DNA from: the human T2T-CHM13v2.0 reference genome, Homo sapiens
Assembly (NCBI RefSeq): GCF_009914755.1
Contig: NC_060935.1
Strand: one strand, 5' to 3'
DNA: 64,000 bases
This document shows positions 13,289-26,235 of the stretch, piece by piece (the stretch's first letter is position 1; each line of letters begins with the position of its first letter). Made by a program: the position numbers and the translations under genes. The notes below the pieces were generated by a model. The model made no database searches, was not told the DNA's origin, and worked only from the letters and a program-made list of their open reading frames with translations.

Positions 13289-16200
13289 CATCTCAAGACT
13301 ACTACTACTTCTGCCTGATTTTATGCCCTAACACACCTCACATTTATTCCAATTCTCTAGTACTATTTCAAATTCTTTCACTACTAGTGGTTTCCTATAC
13401 TTTCATACTCCTGCAACCCTATCTGATCTCAATATTCCCTCAGCCTAGAATTCTTCTCCTCACTCATTGGTATACAGAAGAAAATCTAACTCATCCCTGA
13501 GAGCTGAGCTCAAATGTTACACCTCTAAGAAACATTTCTCAGGTCTGCCAAAATTAATTAGTTTTTCACTTTTTCTCCCATAGCAATATTTACCTATAGT
13601 ATAACGTATTTTTCCTGGCCCTATGTTTTCTTTAGTTATTTATATATCATTATTTCCTACTAGACTTTAAGCTATCCATCCCTCTTTTCCTCTGTTGCCT
13701 CATAAAAACTAAGCACAGTATCTTAGATATAAGAGATTTAAAAAGATTTCCAATGTCAGTTCAATTAGACTACAACATGTCAATCCAATCCAGTGGCTGG
13801 CTAATCATGAAACATGCCTCAGCAGATAACAAATAGCATTGGTGGGAAAAATGACAGTCACATTGGCTGTGTTTTGTCCTGTTTGGCAGATGGGTTTGGA
13901 GACAGCCTAAAATCCATGGCAAGAACATTAGCCAGGAGCCTATGTTACACAGGTTTTTTTTAAAGTAGTGATTAAAGCACATGGAATCGGCGGCGGGGCG
14001 GGGGAACAGGCTGTGGGAAGATAGTATTAACAACGCAATGTAAATATCAAATGTTTAAATATGCAGCCATTAATAAGGTAAATGGTTTAGAAAACAAAGA
14101 GTAAAGACTGATTATTTCATGGTCACATGCAAAATCCATCATACCTCATTTTAGAAACAGTGTCACTGAGGGAAAAGTCCTGGGTTTGTTCTCTGGAATG
14201 ATCAAATCAATTTGTCTCTATCATATGTTCCTCAGATCATCCTTAGTTCCTAACCAGTTGGATTAGACACACTCCCCAATTCAAACGAGCCGTGCTGGAA
14301 AGTCTCCTAATCAATATCAGCCCATCAGCAGTATTATATTTGAAATTCAATAATACGTACAGTTTGTACCCATGAAAAAAGTACCCATCCTAATATGTAA
14401 AGATGAGGGGCAGAGTTAATGCTCTACCACCTTGTAACTAGGTAACGGGACAATTCCTTTGATGTCTGTGAACTTTAGTTCCTTAATGAGAAAATTCATC
14501 AATTCTTCTTGGAACTAAGCATGATGACCTTTAGTAAAAGTAGTATACAAAAAGAAAAATAAGGAAATAGTTGTATTTAGAGGTCAAATACTTTTACAGC
14601 AGAAAGTTCTATCATCAAAGTCATGAATCTCATCCTCTTGTCCCTGGTAATGCTATTTTGACAGGTTTACTCATTACCAAAGTCTTCACAACCCAGTAGT
14701 CTTGTATAAAAAACATTTTATTTAGCATCTGTCTATGTGGAAGTGAGTTGGCTATTATAATAAAAATGTTTCCTTCCACACACCTACTTTGGAGAAAGTG
14801 AGGTGAGCTACTCCATACTTCTATGAGCACCAGGTCCCCAGAGCTGGGAACTTAGTGCTAGCCTGGAAAAGAAAAATATGGTACTTCTACCTCTTGCAAA
14901 CTCCTGGAGTTTCATGAATCAGGCCCTTCTCAGATGGCACTAGTTAATATTTCCTAAGGATAGAATGAATGAGTTCTGTTGATAACAAATCATGAGCCCC
15001 AGCACCAGATTTGGAAGATTAAAGAGAAAATAAAATGGTTTCTATTCATTCTGCCTAGTAATGGAGATCAGAGAAACAGAGGAACAGAGAGATTATGTCA
15101 CATTTTCTCCTGTCTGGTGTCTGGGAAGAGTTTCTCTCAACTGTAATCAACAGAAAGCTTTTTTCACACAGAATTTTGTGGGACAACAATAGATGCATCC
15201 AACCACTCAAGTTCAAAATAGGTCACATCTTTGGTATAAAATTGCTTCAAGGATTGGAAAAGATAGGCTGAGAATAGATTTTTGTGGCAGGGTGTACACT
15301 GAGGACTAGGCCTACATCTGCTATTATCTTCTTTTGGAAATTCTGATCATCTACACTAAATTTATCTGCATCCCTAGAGCCTGGCATTGTGCCTTGTACA
15401 GCTTCTAGACTTAAAACATATTTTGCACAAATGGACAAAAAAGAAATAAACATCATACAAATGGCAAGAAAATCAAAGACCCACTGCTCAGGGGGAGACT
15501 TGCTCCCCAGGGAGACATCTGGTGTTTCAAATATTGGCACCTATCCTTTCTCTTTTGGGACACTTCTCTCTGTTAAAGGGCTTATAATCACTGTGTATTT
15601 AAAAATATAGAAATGTAATTCAATTATTAATTGTACTTAAAAAATAATGACTTTTAATTTTATTCACATTCCCACTCCATGGTCTATACAAATAAAAGAA
15701 AACTTCCAAAGAATGTCTTTGTGGGAAACAAGCCAAATGGCCAAATAGAAACAGCTCCAGTCTGTGGCTCCCATCAAGAAGAATGAAAATGGCAAGTGGT
15801 TCTGCATCTTCAATTGAGATACCCAGGTTCTCTCACTGGGACTGATAGGCTGTTGGTGCAACATAAAGAGAGTGAGGGAAAGCAGGGTGGAGTGAGGGAC
15901 CACCTGGGAGCTGCATGGGGCAAAGAGAGCTCCCTGTCTCAGCCAAGGGAGACCATGTGGGATTGTGCTACATGGCCCTGAAAACCACACTTTTCCCATG
16001 GACCTGTGAAACCCATGGATCAGGAGGTCCCCTCATGGGGCCATGCCACCAGGGCCTTGGGTCCCAAGAAGAGAGCTGTGCTCACGGCAGCTGCTCAGGT
16101 AGGCAGCCACTCAGGCAAGCACTGAGACACAGGATTTTTGCATACTCCAACTGCGGGAACTCCAGTGAGGCAGGAGACCCATCCACTTCCATGGGCAGGA

Positions 16201-17107
16201 GGCTGAAGCCAGGGAGTGAAGTGGCCTTGCCCAGCAGGCCCTATTCCCATGGAATCCCACAAGCTAAAACCCAGTGGCTTGGAATCCCCACCAGCCCAGT
16301 GCAGCAGGCTGGACAATGCCTAAAAAGACTGAGTTCTAGCAGGAAACGGGCAGCTATGATCATTGCAGCTCTAGTAGGCCATTTTCTCCTCACATCAGTG
16401 CCAGTGAGACAGGGCAGTCTGAACAGGGAGCAATTTCCCACAGCACAGCCGCTGTGACAGTTCATGGCCAGACTGCTTCTTTAAGTGGGATCCTGACCCA
16501 TTCCTCCTCACTGGGTGGGGCCTCCCTGCAGGATTTTTAGCATCCCCAGCCAGGGGTTTATGGACAGAACTATGATCTACCTGAGAGGAGCCCCTAGGAG
16601 GAGGGGCAGGTGTAGTATCCTGAATCAGCGGTCTTAGTCTTTTCTGCCTGCCGGCTCTGGAGAGTCAGGGCAGCCCAGAGAAGAAAGATTATACCCAGTA
16701 TAGCACAATGACTCTGCCAAAGGGCAGCCAGACTGCTTATTTAAGTGGGTCCCTGATCCAGCTCCTCCGGACTGAGTGAGACCTCCCAACAGGGGTCTGC
16801 AGATGCCTCATGTAGGAGCATTCTGGCTGGCATCGGGTCAGTGACCCTCTGGGACAGAGAGTTCAGAGGAAGGAGCAGGCTGCCATCTTTGCTGTTCTGC
16901 AGCCTCCATTGGGTGATAACTCCAGGTGTGGGAGGGACCCAGGCAAATAGGGTCTGGAGTGGAACCCCAGCAAGGTGCAGCAGCACTATGGAAAAGGGGC
17001 CTGACTGCTAAAAGAAAAACAGAGAGCAACAACAACAACAACAAAAGACTCCCACAAAATCCCCATCCAAAGGTCAGCAGGCTCAAAGATCAAAGGTAGA
17101 TAAACCC

Positions 17108-18085
17108 ATGAAAATGAGAAAGAATCAACATAAAAACACTGAAAACTCAAAAGGAGTGCCTCTTCCAAATGATCACAATATGTCTCCAGCATGGGCACAG
17201 AACTAGGCTGTGGCTGAGATGGATGAATTAACAGTAGACTTCAGAAGACAAGTAATAATGAACTTCACTGAGCTAAGGAAATATGTTCTTACCCACTGAA
17301 AAGAAGCTAAGAACCATGATTAAAAATTATAGGAGCTTTTAACCAGAATAACCAGTTTAAAGAAGAACTTAAATGACCTGATGTAGCTAAGAAACCCAAC
17401 ACAAGACCTTTACAATACAAACGCAAGTATGAATAGCCAAATAGACCAAGCAGAAGAAAAGGATATCAGAGCTTGAAGACTATCTTGCCGAAATAAGGCA
17501 GGCAGAGAAGATTAGAGGAAAAAGAATGAAAAGGAATTAACAAACCTCCAAGAATTATGGGATTATGTAAAAAGACTGAACCTAAAACTGGTTGGGGTAT
17601 CTGAAAGAGATGAAGGACAAAACCAAGTTGAAAACCACACTTCAGGATATCATCCAGGAGGACTTCCTCAACCTAGCAAGACAGGCCAACATTTGAATTC
17701 AGGAAATCCAGAGAATCCCAATAAGATACTCCATGAGAAGATCAATCCCAAGACACATAATCATCAAATTCTCCAAGGTTGAATCAAAGGAAAAAATGTT
17801 CAGGGCAGCCATAGAGAACGGCCAGTTCACCTATAAAAGGAAGCCCATCAGACAAACAGCAGAATTCTCAGTGGAAACCCTATAAGCCAGAAGACATTGG
17901 GGGACAATATTCAACATTCTTAAAGAATTCCCAACCTAAAATTACATATTTGGGCAAACTAAGATTCATAAGCAAAGGAGAAATAAAACCTTTTTCAGAC
18001 AAGCAAATGCTGAGGAAATACATAACCACCAGGCCTTCCTTGCAAGAGTTCCTGAAGGAAGCACGAAATATGGAAAGTAAAAACT
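17108..18085 (+). pseudogene. Disrupted L1 ORF1 (RNA-binding protein)
   Basis: The fragment KLRFISKGEIKPFSDKQMLRKYITTRPSLQEFLKEARNME (17950-18138) is the ORF1p C-terminus. The upstream part has stops. Confidence 0.85.
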
Positions 18086-18180
18086 GGTACCAGCCACTAC
18101 AAAGACACAATGAAGTACACAGATCATTGAAACTATGAAGTAACTACATGAACAAGTTTGCAAAATAATCAGGTAGTATC

Positions 18181-21100
18181 ATGATGATAGGATCAAATTC
18201 ACACATAACAATTTTACCCTTAAACATAAATGGGATAAATGCCCCAATTAAAAGCTACAGAATGACAAACTGTATAAAGAGTCACGATCTATCAATGTGC
18301 TATATTCAAGAGACCCATCTCACATGCAAAGACACACATAGGCTCAAAATACAGGGATGGAGGAAAATTTACCAAGCAAATGGAAAACAGCAAAAAGCAG
18401 GAGTGGCAATCCTAGGATCTGAGAAAACAGACTTTAAGCAAACAAAAATCAAAAAAGACAAAGAAGGGCATTACCTAATGGTAAAGAGTCATTTCAACAA
18501 GAAGAGCTAACTATCCTAAATATATATGCACCCAATACAGGAGCAAACAGATTCGTAAAACAAGTTCTCAGACACTTACAAAGAGACTTAGACTCCCACG
18601 CAGTAACAGTGGGAGATTTTAACCCCTCACTGTCAATATTAGACAGATCATCAGGACAGAAAATTAACAAAGATATTCAGGACTTGAATTCAGCTCTGTA
18701 TCAGTGGGACCTGAGATAACTACAGAACTCTCCACCACCAAACAGAATATACATGCTTCTCAGCACCACATGGCACTTACTCTAAAATTGGCCACGTAAT
18801 TGGAAGTAAATCACTCCTCAGCAAATGCAAAATAACTGAAATCATAATAAGTAGTCTCTCAGACCACAGTGCAATCAAAAATCAAGATTAAGAAACTCTC
18901 AAAACCATACAACTGTATGGAAATTGAACAACCTGGACCTGAATGACTGCTGGGTAAATAGTAAAATTAAGGCACAAATCAGGAATTTTTTTGAAACTAA
19001 TGAGAACAACGAGACAACATACCAGAATCTCTGAGACATAGCTAAAGCAGTGTGAAGAGGGAAATTTATACCATCAAATGCCCACATCAAAAAGCTAGAA
19101 AGATCTAATATCGACATTCTAACATCACAACTAAAAGAACTAGAGAACCAAGGACAACAACAACAACAACAATAAAAACCAAAGTAGCAGAAGACGAGAA
19201 ATAACCAAGCTCACAGCAGAACTGAAGGAGACAGAGATACAAAAAGTCCTTCAAAATAAAAATCAATGAATCTAGGAGGTGGCTTGTGAAAAAATAAAAT
19301 AGATAGACGACTAGCTGGACTAAGAAGAAAAGAAGAATCAAAGAGACAATAAAAAATGATAAAGGAGATATTACCACTGACTCCACAGAAATATGAACAA
19401 CCATCAGAGAAAACTATACACACCTCTTCTAGAAAATCTAGAAGAGATGGATAAATTCCTGGACATATACATCCTCCCAAGACTGAACCAGGAAGAAGTT
19501 GAATCCCTGAATAGACCAATAACAAGTTCTGAAATTGAGGCAGTAATAAATAGCCTATCAACTAAAAGCTCAGGAGCAGGTGGATTTATATCTGAATTCT
19601 ACCAGAAGTATGAGGAGCTGATACCCTTTCTTCTGAAACTATTCCAAACAATTGAAAAGGAGGGATTCCTCCCTAACTCACTTTATGAGTCCAGCATCAT
19701 CCTGATACCAAAACCTGGTAAAGATAAAACAAAAAAAGGAAACTTCAGGCCAATATCCCTGATGAACATCGACACAAAAATTCTCAGTAAAATACTGGCA
19801 AACTGAATACAGCAGCGAATCAAAAAGCTTATCCACCACAATCAAGTTGGCTTCATTCCCAGGATGCAAGGCTGGTTCAACATATGCAAATCAATAAATG
19901 TGACTCATCACATAAACAGAGCTAAAGACAAAAACCCCATGATTATCTGATATGGTTTGGCTGTGTTCTCACCCAAATCTCATATTGAATTGTAGCTCCC
20001 ATAATTTTCATGTGTCATGGGAGGTACCCAGGAGGAGTAATTGAATCATGGGGGCAGGTCTTTCCCATAATATTCTGATGATAGTAAGTCAGTCTCACAG
20101 GATCTGGTGGTTTTATAAAGTAGAGTTCCCCTGCACACACACTTTCTTGCCTGCCACCACTTAAGACATGCCTTTGCTTCTTCTTTGCCTTCCACCATGA
20201 TTGCGAGGCCTCCTCAGCCATGTGGAACTGTGAGTCCATTAAACCTCTTTGCTCCATATATTACTCAGTCTCAGATATGTCTTTATTAGCAGTATGAGAA
20301 CAGAATAATACAGTAAATTGGTACTGGTAGTGTTGGGTACTACTGTAAAGACACCTGACAATGTGAAAACAACTTCGGAATTGGGTAATAGGCAGAGGCT
20401 GGTATAATTTGGAGGGCTCAGAAAGAGACAGGAAAATGTGGGAAAGTTTGAAACTTCCTAGAGACTTAGAGAGCTCAGAAGAGAGGATAATATGGGAAAG
20501 ACTGCAACCTCCTAGAGAGTGGTTGAATAGCTTTGACCAAAATGCTGATAGTGATATGGACAATAAAGTCCAGGCTGAGGTGGTCTCAGATGGAGATGAG
20601 GAGCTTGTAATAGGAATAAAGGCCACTCTTGCTATGCAAAGAGGCTGGTGGCATTTTGCCCCTGCCCTAGAGATCTGTGGAACTTTGAACTTGAGAGAGA
20701 TAATAAGGTATCTGGTGGAAGAAATTTCTAAGCAGCAAAATGTTCAAGAGGAAGCAGAGCATAAAAGTTTGAAAAATTTGCAGACTGACAATGCAGTACA
20801 AAATAAAAACCCATTTTCTGGGAAAAAATTCAATCCTGCTGCAGAAATTCACAGAAGTAATGAGCCAAATGTTAATCATGAAGACAATGGGGAAAATGTC
20901 TCCAGGGCATGTCAGAGACCTTTGAGGCAGCCCCTCCCATTATAGGCCCTGAGGCCTAAGAGGGAAAAGTGGTTTCCTGGGTCAGATTCAGGGATCCTCT
21001 GCTGTGTGCAGCCTAGGGAATTCTTGCCCTGCATCCCAGCCACTCCAGCTATGGCTAAAAGTGGCCAAGATACAACTTGGGCCATGGCTTCAGAGGGAGC

Positions 21101-24100
21101 AAGTGCAAAACCTTGGCAGCTTCCATGTGGTGTTGAGCCTGTGGGTACACAGAAGTTAAGAATTGAGGTTTAGGAACCTCTGCCTAAGGTTTACAGGATG
21201 TATGGAAATGTCTGGATATCCAGTCAGAAGTTTGCTGCAGGGGTGGGGCCCTTATAGAGAACCTCTGCTAGGGCAGTGCAGAAGGAAAATGTGGAGTTAG
21301 AGCCCCGGCACAGTCTCCACTGGGGCACTGCCTAGTGGAGCTGTGAGAAGAGCACCACCATCATCCAGACCCCCAAATGGTAGATCCACTGACAGCTGGC
21401 ACCGTGCACCTGGAAGAACCACAGACACTCAATGTCAGCCCATGAAAGCAGCCAGAACTAGGGCTATACCCTGCAAATCCACAGGAGTGGAGCTGCCCAG
21501 AGCTATGGGAGCCTACCTCTCGTGTCAGCGTGACCTGGATGTGAGACATGGAGTCAAAGAAGATCATTTTGGAACTTTAAGGTTTAATGATTGCCCTGTT
21601 GGATTTCAGTCTTACATGGAGTCTGTAGCCCCTTTTTTTGGCCAATTACTGCCATTTGGAATAGATGTATCTACCAAATACCTGTACCCCATTGTATCTA
21701 GGAAGTAACTAACTTGCTTTTGATTTTACAGGCTCATAGGTGGAAGGGACTACTTGCCTTGGCTCAGATGAGACTTTGGACTGTGGACTACTGAGTTAAT
21801 GCTGAAGTGAGTTAAGATTTGGGGGGAATGTTGGGAAGGCATGATTGGTTTTGAAATGTGAGGATATGAAATTTCAGAAGAGTCAAGGATGAAATGATAT
21901 CGTTTGGCTGTGCCCCCACCCAAATCTCATCTTGAATTGTAGTTCCCATAATTCCTACATGTCATGGGAGAGAGGTAATTGAATCATGGGGGTGGGTCTT
22001 TCTCATGCTGTTCTTTTGATGGTGAATAAGTCTCATGAGATCTGATGGTTTCATAAAGGGGAATTTCTCTGCACATGCCCTCTTGCCTGCCACTATATGT
22101 AAGATGTGATTTTGCTTCTCCTTTCCCTTCTGCCATGACTGTGAGGCCTCCTCAGCCATGTGGAATTGTGAATCCATTAAACCTCTTACCTTTATAAATT
22201 ACCCAGTCTCAGATATGTCTTTATTAGCAGCATGAGAACAGACTAATATATTATCTCAAGAGATGCAGAAAAGGCCTTTGATAAATTTCAACATCCCTTC
22301 ATGTTAAAAACTCTCAATAAACTAGATATTGAAGAAACATACCTCAAAATAATAAGATCCATTTATGAAAAAGATATAGCCAATATCATACTGAATGGAA
22401 AAAAGCTGTAAGCCTTCCCCTTGAAACCAGCACAAGACAAGGATACCTTCTCTCACTCTTATTCAACACAGTATTGGAAGTCCTGGTCAGGGCAATCATG
22501 CAAGAGAAAGAAATAAAGGGTATTAAAATAGGAAGAGATGACATCAAGTTGTCCTTGTTTGCAGATGACAGGATCCTATATCTAGAAAACTCCACCATCT
22601 CAGCTTAGAAGCTTAACTGATGAGAAACTTCAGCAGTCTCAGGATATAAAATCAATGTGCAGAAGTCACAAGCATTCCTACAAACCAGCAACCAACAAAC
22701 AGAAAACCAAATCATGAATGAACTCCCATTCACAATTGCTACAAAGAGAAGAAAATCCCTAGGAATACAGCTACCAAGGGAAGTGAAGAACCTCTTCAAG
22801 GAAAACTACAAACCACTGCTCAAGGAAATCAGAGAGGACACAAACAAATGGAAAAACATCCCATGCTCTTGGATAGGAAGAAATAATATCGTGAAAATGT
22901 TCATACTGCCCAAAGCAATTTATAGATTCAATGCTATTCCCATTAAACCACCATTGTCATTCTTCTCAGAATTAGAATACACTATTTTAAAATTCATACA
23001 GAACCGAAAAAGAGCTCTTATAGCCAAGACAATCCTAAGCAAAAAGAACAAACCTGGAAGCATCACACTACCTAACTTCAAACTATACTACAAAGCCACA
23101 CTAACCAAAACAACATGGTAGTGCTACAAAAAAAAACAAAAACAAAAACAAAAAAAACAGACACATAGACCAATGGACAGAATAGAGAACTCAGAAATAG
23201 GACTGCACACCTACAGCCATCTGATCTTTGACAAACCTGACAAAAACAAGCAATGGGGAAAGGATTTCCTATTTAGTAAATTGTGCTTAGAGAACTGGCT
23301 AGCCATATGCAGAAAATTGAAACTGGGCCCCTTCCTTACACCTTTTACAAAAATTAACTCAAGCTGCATTAAAGACTGAAATGTATAACCAAAAACTATA
23401 AAAAAAAAAAAACCTAGAAGAAAACATAGGCAATACCATTCAGGACACAGGCATGGGCAAAGATTTAATGACAAAAACAACAAAAGCAACTACAATAAAA
23501 GCAAGTTTGACTAATGGAATCTAATTAAACTAAAGAGCTTCTACACAGAAAATAAACTATCATCAGGTGAATAAGCAATCTAAAGACTAGGAGAAAAATT
23601 TTGCAATCTATTCATCTGACAAAGATCTAATATTCAGAATCTACAAAAAACTTAAATTTACTAGAAAAAAACAAAAACCCATTAAAAGTGGGCAAAGGAT
23701 ATGAACAGATACTTCTCAAAAGATGACATTCATGTGACCAACAAGTATATGAAAAAAAATCTCAGCATCACTGATTGTTAGAGAAATGCAAATCAGAACC
23801 ACAATGAGATACCATCTCATGCTGGTCAGAATGGCAATTATTAAAAAGTCAAGAAATAATAGATGCTGGCAAGGTTGCAGAGAAATAGAAACACTTTTAC
23901 GCTGTTGGTGAGAATGTAAATTAGTTCAACCACTGTGGAAGACAATGTGGCAATTTCTGAAAGAACGAAAAATACCATTTGACCCAGCAATCCCATTATT
24001 GGATATACACCCAAAGGAACATAAATCATTCTATTACAAAGACACATGCATGCATATGTTCATCGCAGCACTATTCACAATACCAAAGGCATGGAATCAA

Positions 24101-24300
24101 TCCAACTGCCCATCAATGATAAACTAGATAAAGAAAATGTGGTACATATACACCATGGAATACTGTATGCAGCTATAGAAAGGAATGAGTTCATGTGTTT
24201 TGCAAAGACATGGATGAAGCTGGAAGCCATTATCTTCAGCAAACTAACGCAGGAACAGAAAACTAAACACTGCATGTTCTCACTTATAAGTGGGAGCTGA
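18181..24300 (+). pseudogene. Disrupted L1 ORF2, split by the THE1 insertion at 19948-22250
   Basis: Endonuclease N-terminus (IQETHL..QKKAGVAIL), [42 protein letters not shown] and C-terminal fragments, with many stops and frameshifts. Confidence 0.9.
19948..22250 (+). mobile_element. Complete THE1 (probably THE1C) MaLR provirus: 5' LTR 19948-20312, internal 20313-21894, 3' LTR 21895-22250
   Basis: Both LTRs begin TGATAT(G/C)GTTTGGCTGTG and end TTATTAGCAG..TGAGAACAGA.TAATA(C/T)A. Perfect 5-bp TSD TTATC (19943-19947, 22251-22255). The internal ORF remnant 20409-20945 (..NADSDMDNKVQAEVVSDGDEEL..) is typical of THE1-int. Confidence 0.95.
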
Positions 24301-25214
24301 ACAATGAGAACACTTGGACATGGGGAGGGGAGCAACACACACTGGGGCCTGTCTGGGCATATGGTGGAGGGGAAGGAGAGCTTTAGGAAAAATAGCTAAT
24401 CCATGTAGGGCTTAATACCTAGGTGATGGGTTGATAGGTGCAGCAAACCACCATGGCACACAGTTTACCTGTGTAACAAACCTGCACATTCTGCACATGT
24501 ACCCCAGAACTTAAAATTCAAATAAAAATTTAAAAAAAGAAAACCTTCACTTTATTATAAGAACAATCAATTTCTTAGAAAGATAATTGGCTTTGAAATA
24601 GTCAAGACACCTTAAAATACATGTGATAAGTCTCTCTATGCAGCCATGAGCCTGTGTCCCTGCTTAATATTGCATACAATAGTTGAGAAGGCATAGATTT
24701 GTTACGCCCACCTGTTGTAGAAGAGAAGTTTTCCAGTGTACATCCATTCAAAATGAACAGATACTTGTCCAAATAAGTGTCTCTACCTAGCTAAATTTCC
24801 ATCTACTACTATCTAACTTATTTAAGTAACAATTTTCCTTTCTTCCTATCATAAGAGTATCTCTGGCTTAAATCCTCTGAGAGATTATAGTATCCCTTAT
24901 CATTTTATTTTATCAAGATTTATTATCTATTGTATGTTAGATCCTGTACTTAGCTTTAAGGCAAGAAAAAAAGGATAAAGAACTGTAACAAATGCGTTGA
25001 GGATAAGCACAATAGTGAAAACAAAATCAAAAAGTCCTAATGGCAGATATCACCATTTCCTGGGTTTTGTATTCCAGTGCCTATCAGTGTCTGACACATG
25101 CATCAGAAATGTTAGTGGAAAAAAATGCTTCCTAATAGAAATAAAGACAAGTTCCCCAGGACACAAAAGAGACTTAGGGGCAGTTTTCAAGAAGCTGAAG
25201 CCTGAAAAAATGGG

Positions 25215-25615
25215 TGTTAGAAGAAAAACCCAGGATTATTTAGAAATATGTTTCCCTAAACTGGGAAGGAGCCAAGAGATCAAAGAATGACTAGGACAAG
25301 TACAGTTTGGTGAATAGATGAGTTTATTAGGACTTACATACAAGGCACTCCTGGGTGGCAGCAGGATAGCTCTAGAGATTCACCCTGCCTCTCATCTCTA
25401 AGCTTCTTTTAAACTGGTTTTCTGGCTTTTTGCCTACTGTGTGCGATGAGACTGATTTTTTAATATGTTCCTAGATACTCCCTGGGATGTTTGGATTCTC
25501 AGGGACACTTGTTCCTCAGTTGGATACCATGGCCTTGGCTTACTGCCTGGCCTTCAGGATTCAAGCAGCAGATATACACTCTTAAGTAAACTGAGGAGGG
25601 ACCTGTCACACTACA
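25215..25615 (-). mobile_element. Solo LTR (ERVL class, LTR32-like) inserted in an L2-like fragment
   Basis: TG...CA ends, perfect 5-bp TSD ATGGG (25210-25214, 25616-25620), AATAAA on minus at ~25323. The family name is from memory. Confidence 0.8.
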
Positions 25616-25999
25616 ATGGGTCAGTAGGTAGAGGATGAGGAGGGGCATGCCAAGGAGAAGTGGCATGTGTGAAGGCAGCAGAAAGGAGAGCCAGGTACAT
25701 GATGGGTTCAGAGGATGGAAAGTAACTGGGTATGACTTGAGTTTAGCTTGTGTTGGGGATAGTAGCAGGAGATGAGCAGGAAATGCCTAGTAGAAGACAT
25801 AGTCGAGGACCTTGGTGTTGTCTTATGGAGTCTGAAGCTTATTGCTGTTTAACCGGTAGCATGTGACTTTTATATAACCCAGATTAGATCACATTCTTCT
25901 TGGGGCCAATCTCTATGTAAGAACATTTTGATGTACCCTAGATCCACAACATAGTGCTATGCACAGAAGGAAACCATCACCATTACCATCATCAGTCGC

Positions 26000-26235
26000 C
26001 ATCACCATCATCTAAGATTTTCTAAGCTCTTGTCGTATGCCATGTCCTGTGCTGATCTTTTAAATGTCACAACACCCCATTGAGATAGATACTTGTCCTC
26101 ACTGTACACATGAACAAACACAAGCTTGTGGAAAATTAGGTAGCATCTTCAATTCCATATGGCTAGTAAATGCCAGAGCAGCTAAGATTCTTAGCTAAGA
26201 TCAGGTTTATCCGTCATACACCCTGCCTCTCTTGA
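26000..26235. mobile_element. MIR SINE fragment
   Basis: CACAACACCCCATTGAGATAGATACT..ATGAACAAACACAAGCT..ATGGCTAGTAAATGCCAGAGC resembles the MIR core. Confidence 0.55.

Larger units (their letters stand above)
15722..24540 (+). mobile_element. Full-length LINE-1, L1PA10-13-like, interrupted by a THE1 provirus
   Basis: 5' end CCAAATGGCCAAATAGAAACAGCTCC, GC-richer 5'UTR, ORF1 region (~17108-18085), ORF2 start MMIGSNSHITIL at 18181, ORF2 end ..HCMFSLISGS* at 24300. 3'UTR GGCTTAATACCTAGGTGATGGGTTGATAGGTGCAGCAAACCACCATGGCAC, then an A-rich tail to ~24540. Confidence 0.95.

Noticed and set aside
15915-16457. Longest ORF in the track (180 aa, plus) and overlapping antisense ORFs
   Set aside because: They lie in the GC-richer L1 5'UTR where stops are rarer. 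No recognisable domain, and I cannot match them to L1 ORF0.
16465-16800. Duplicated GCCAGACTGCTT.TTTAAGTGGG motif ~260 bp apart
   Set aside because: Internal to the L1 5'UTR and most likely a subfamily consensus feature.
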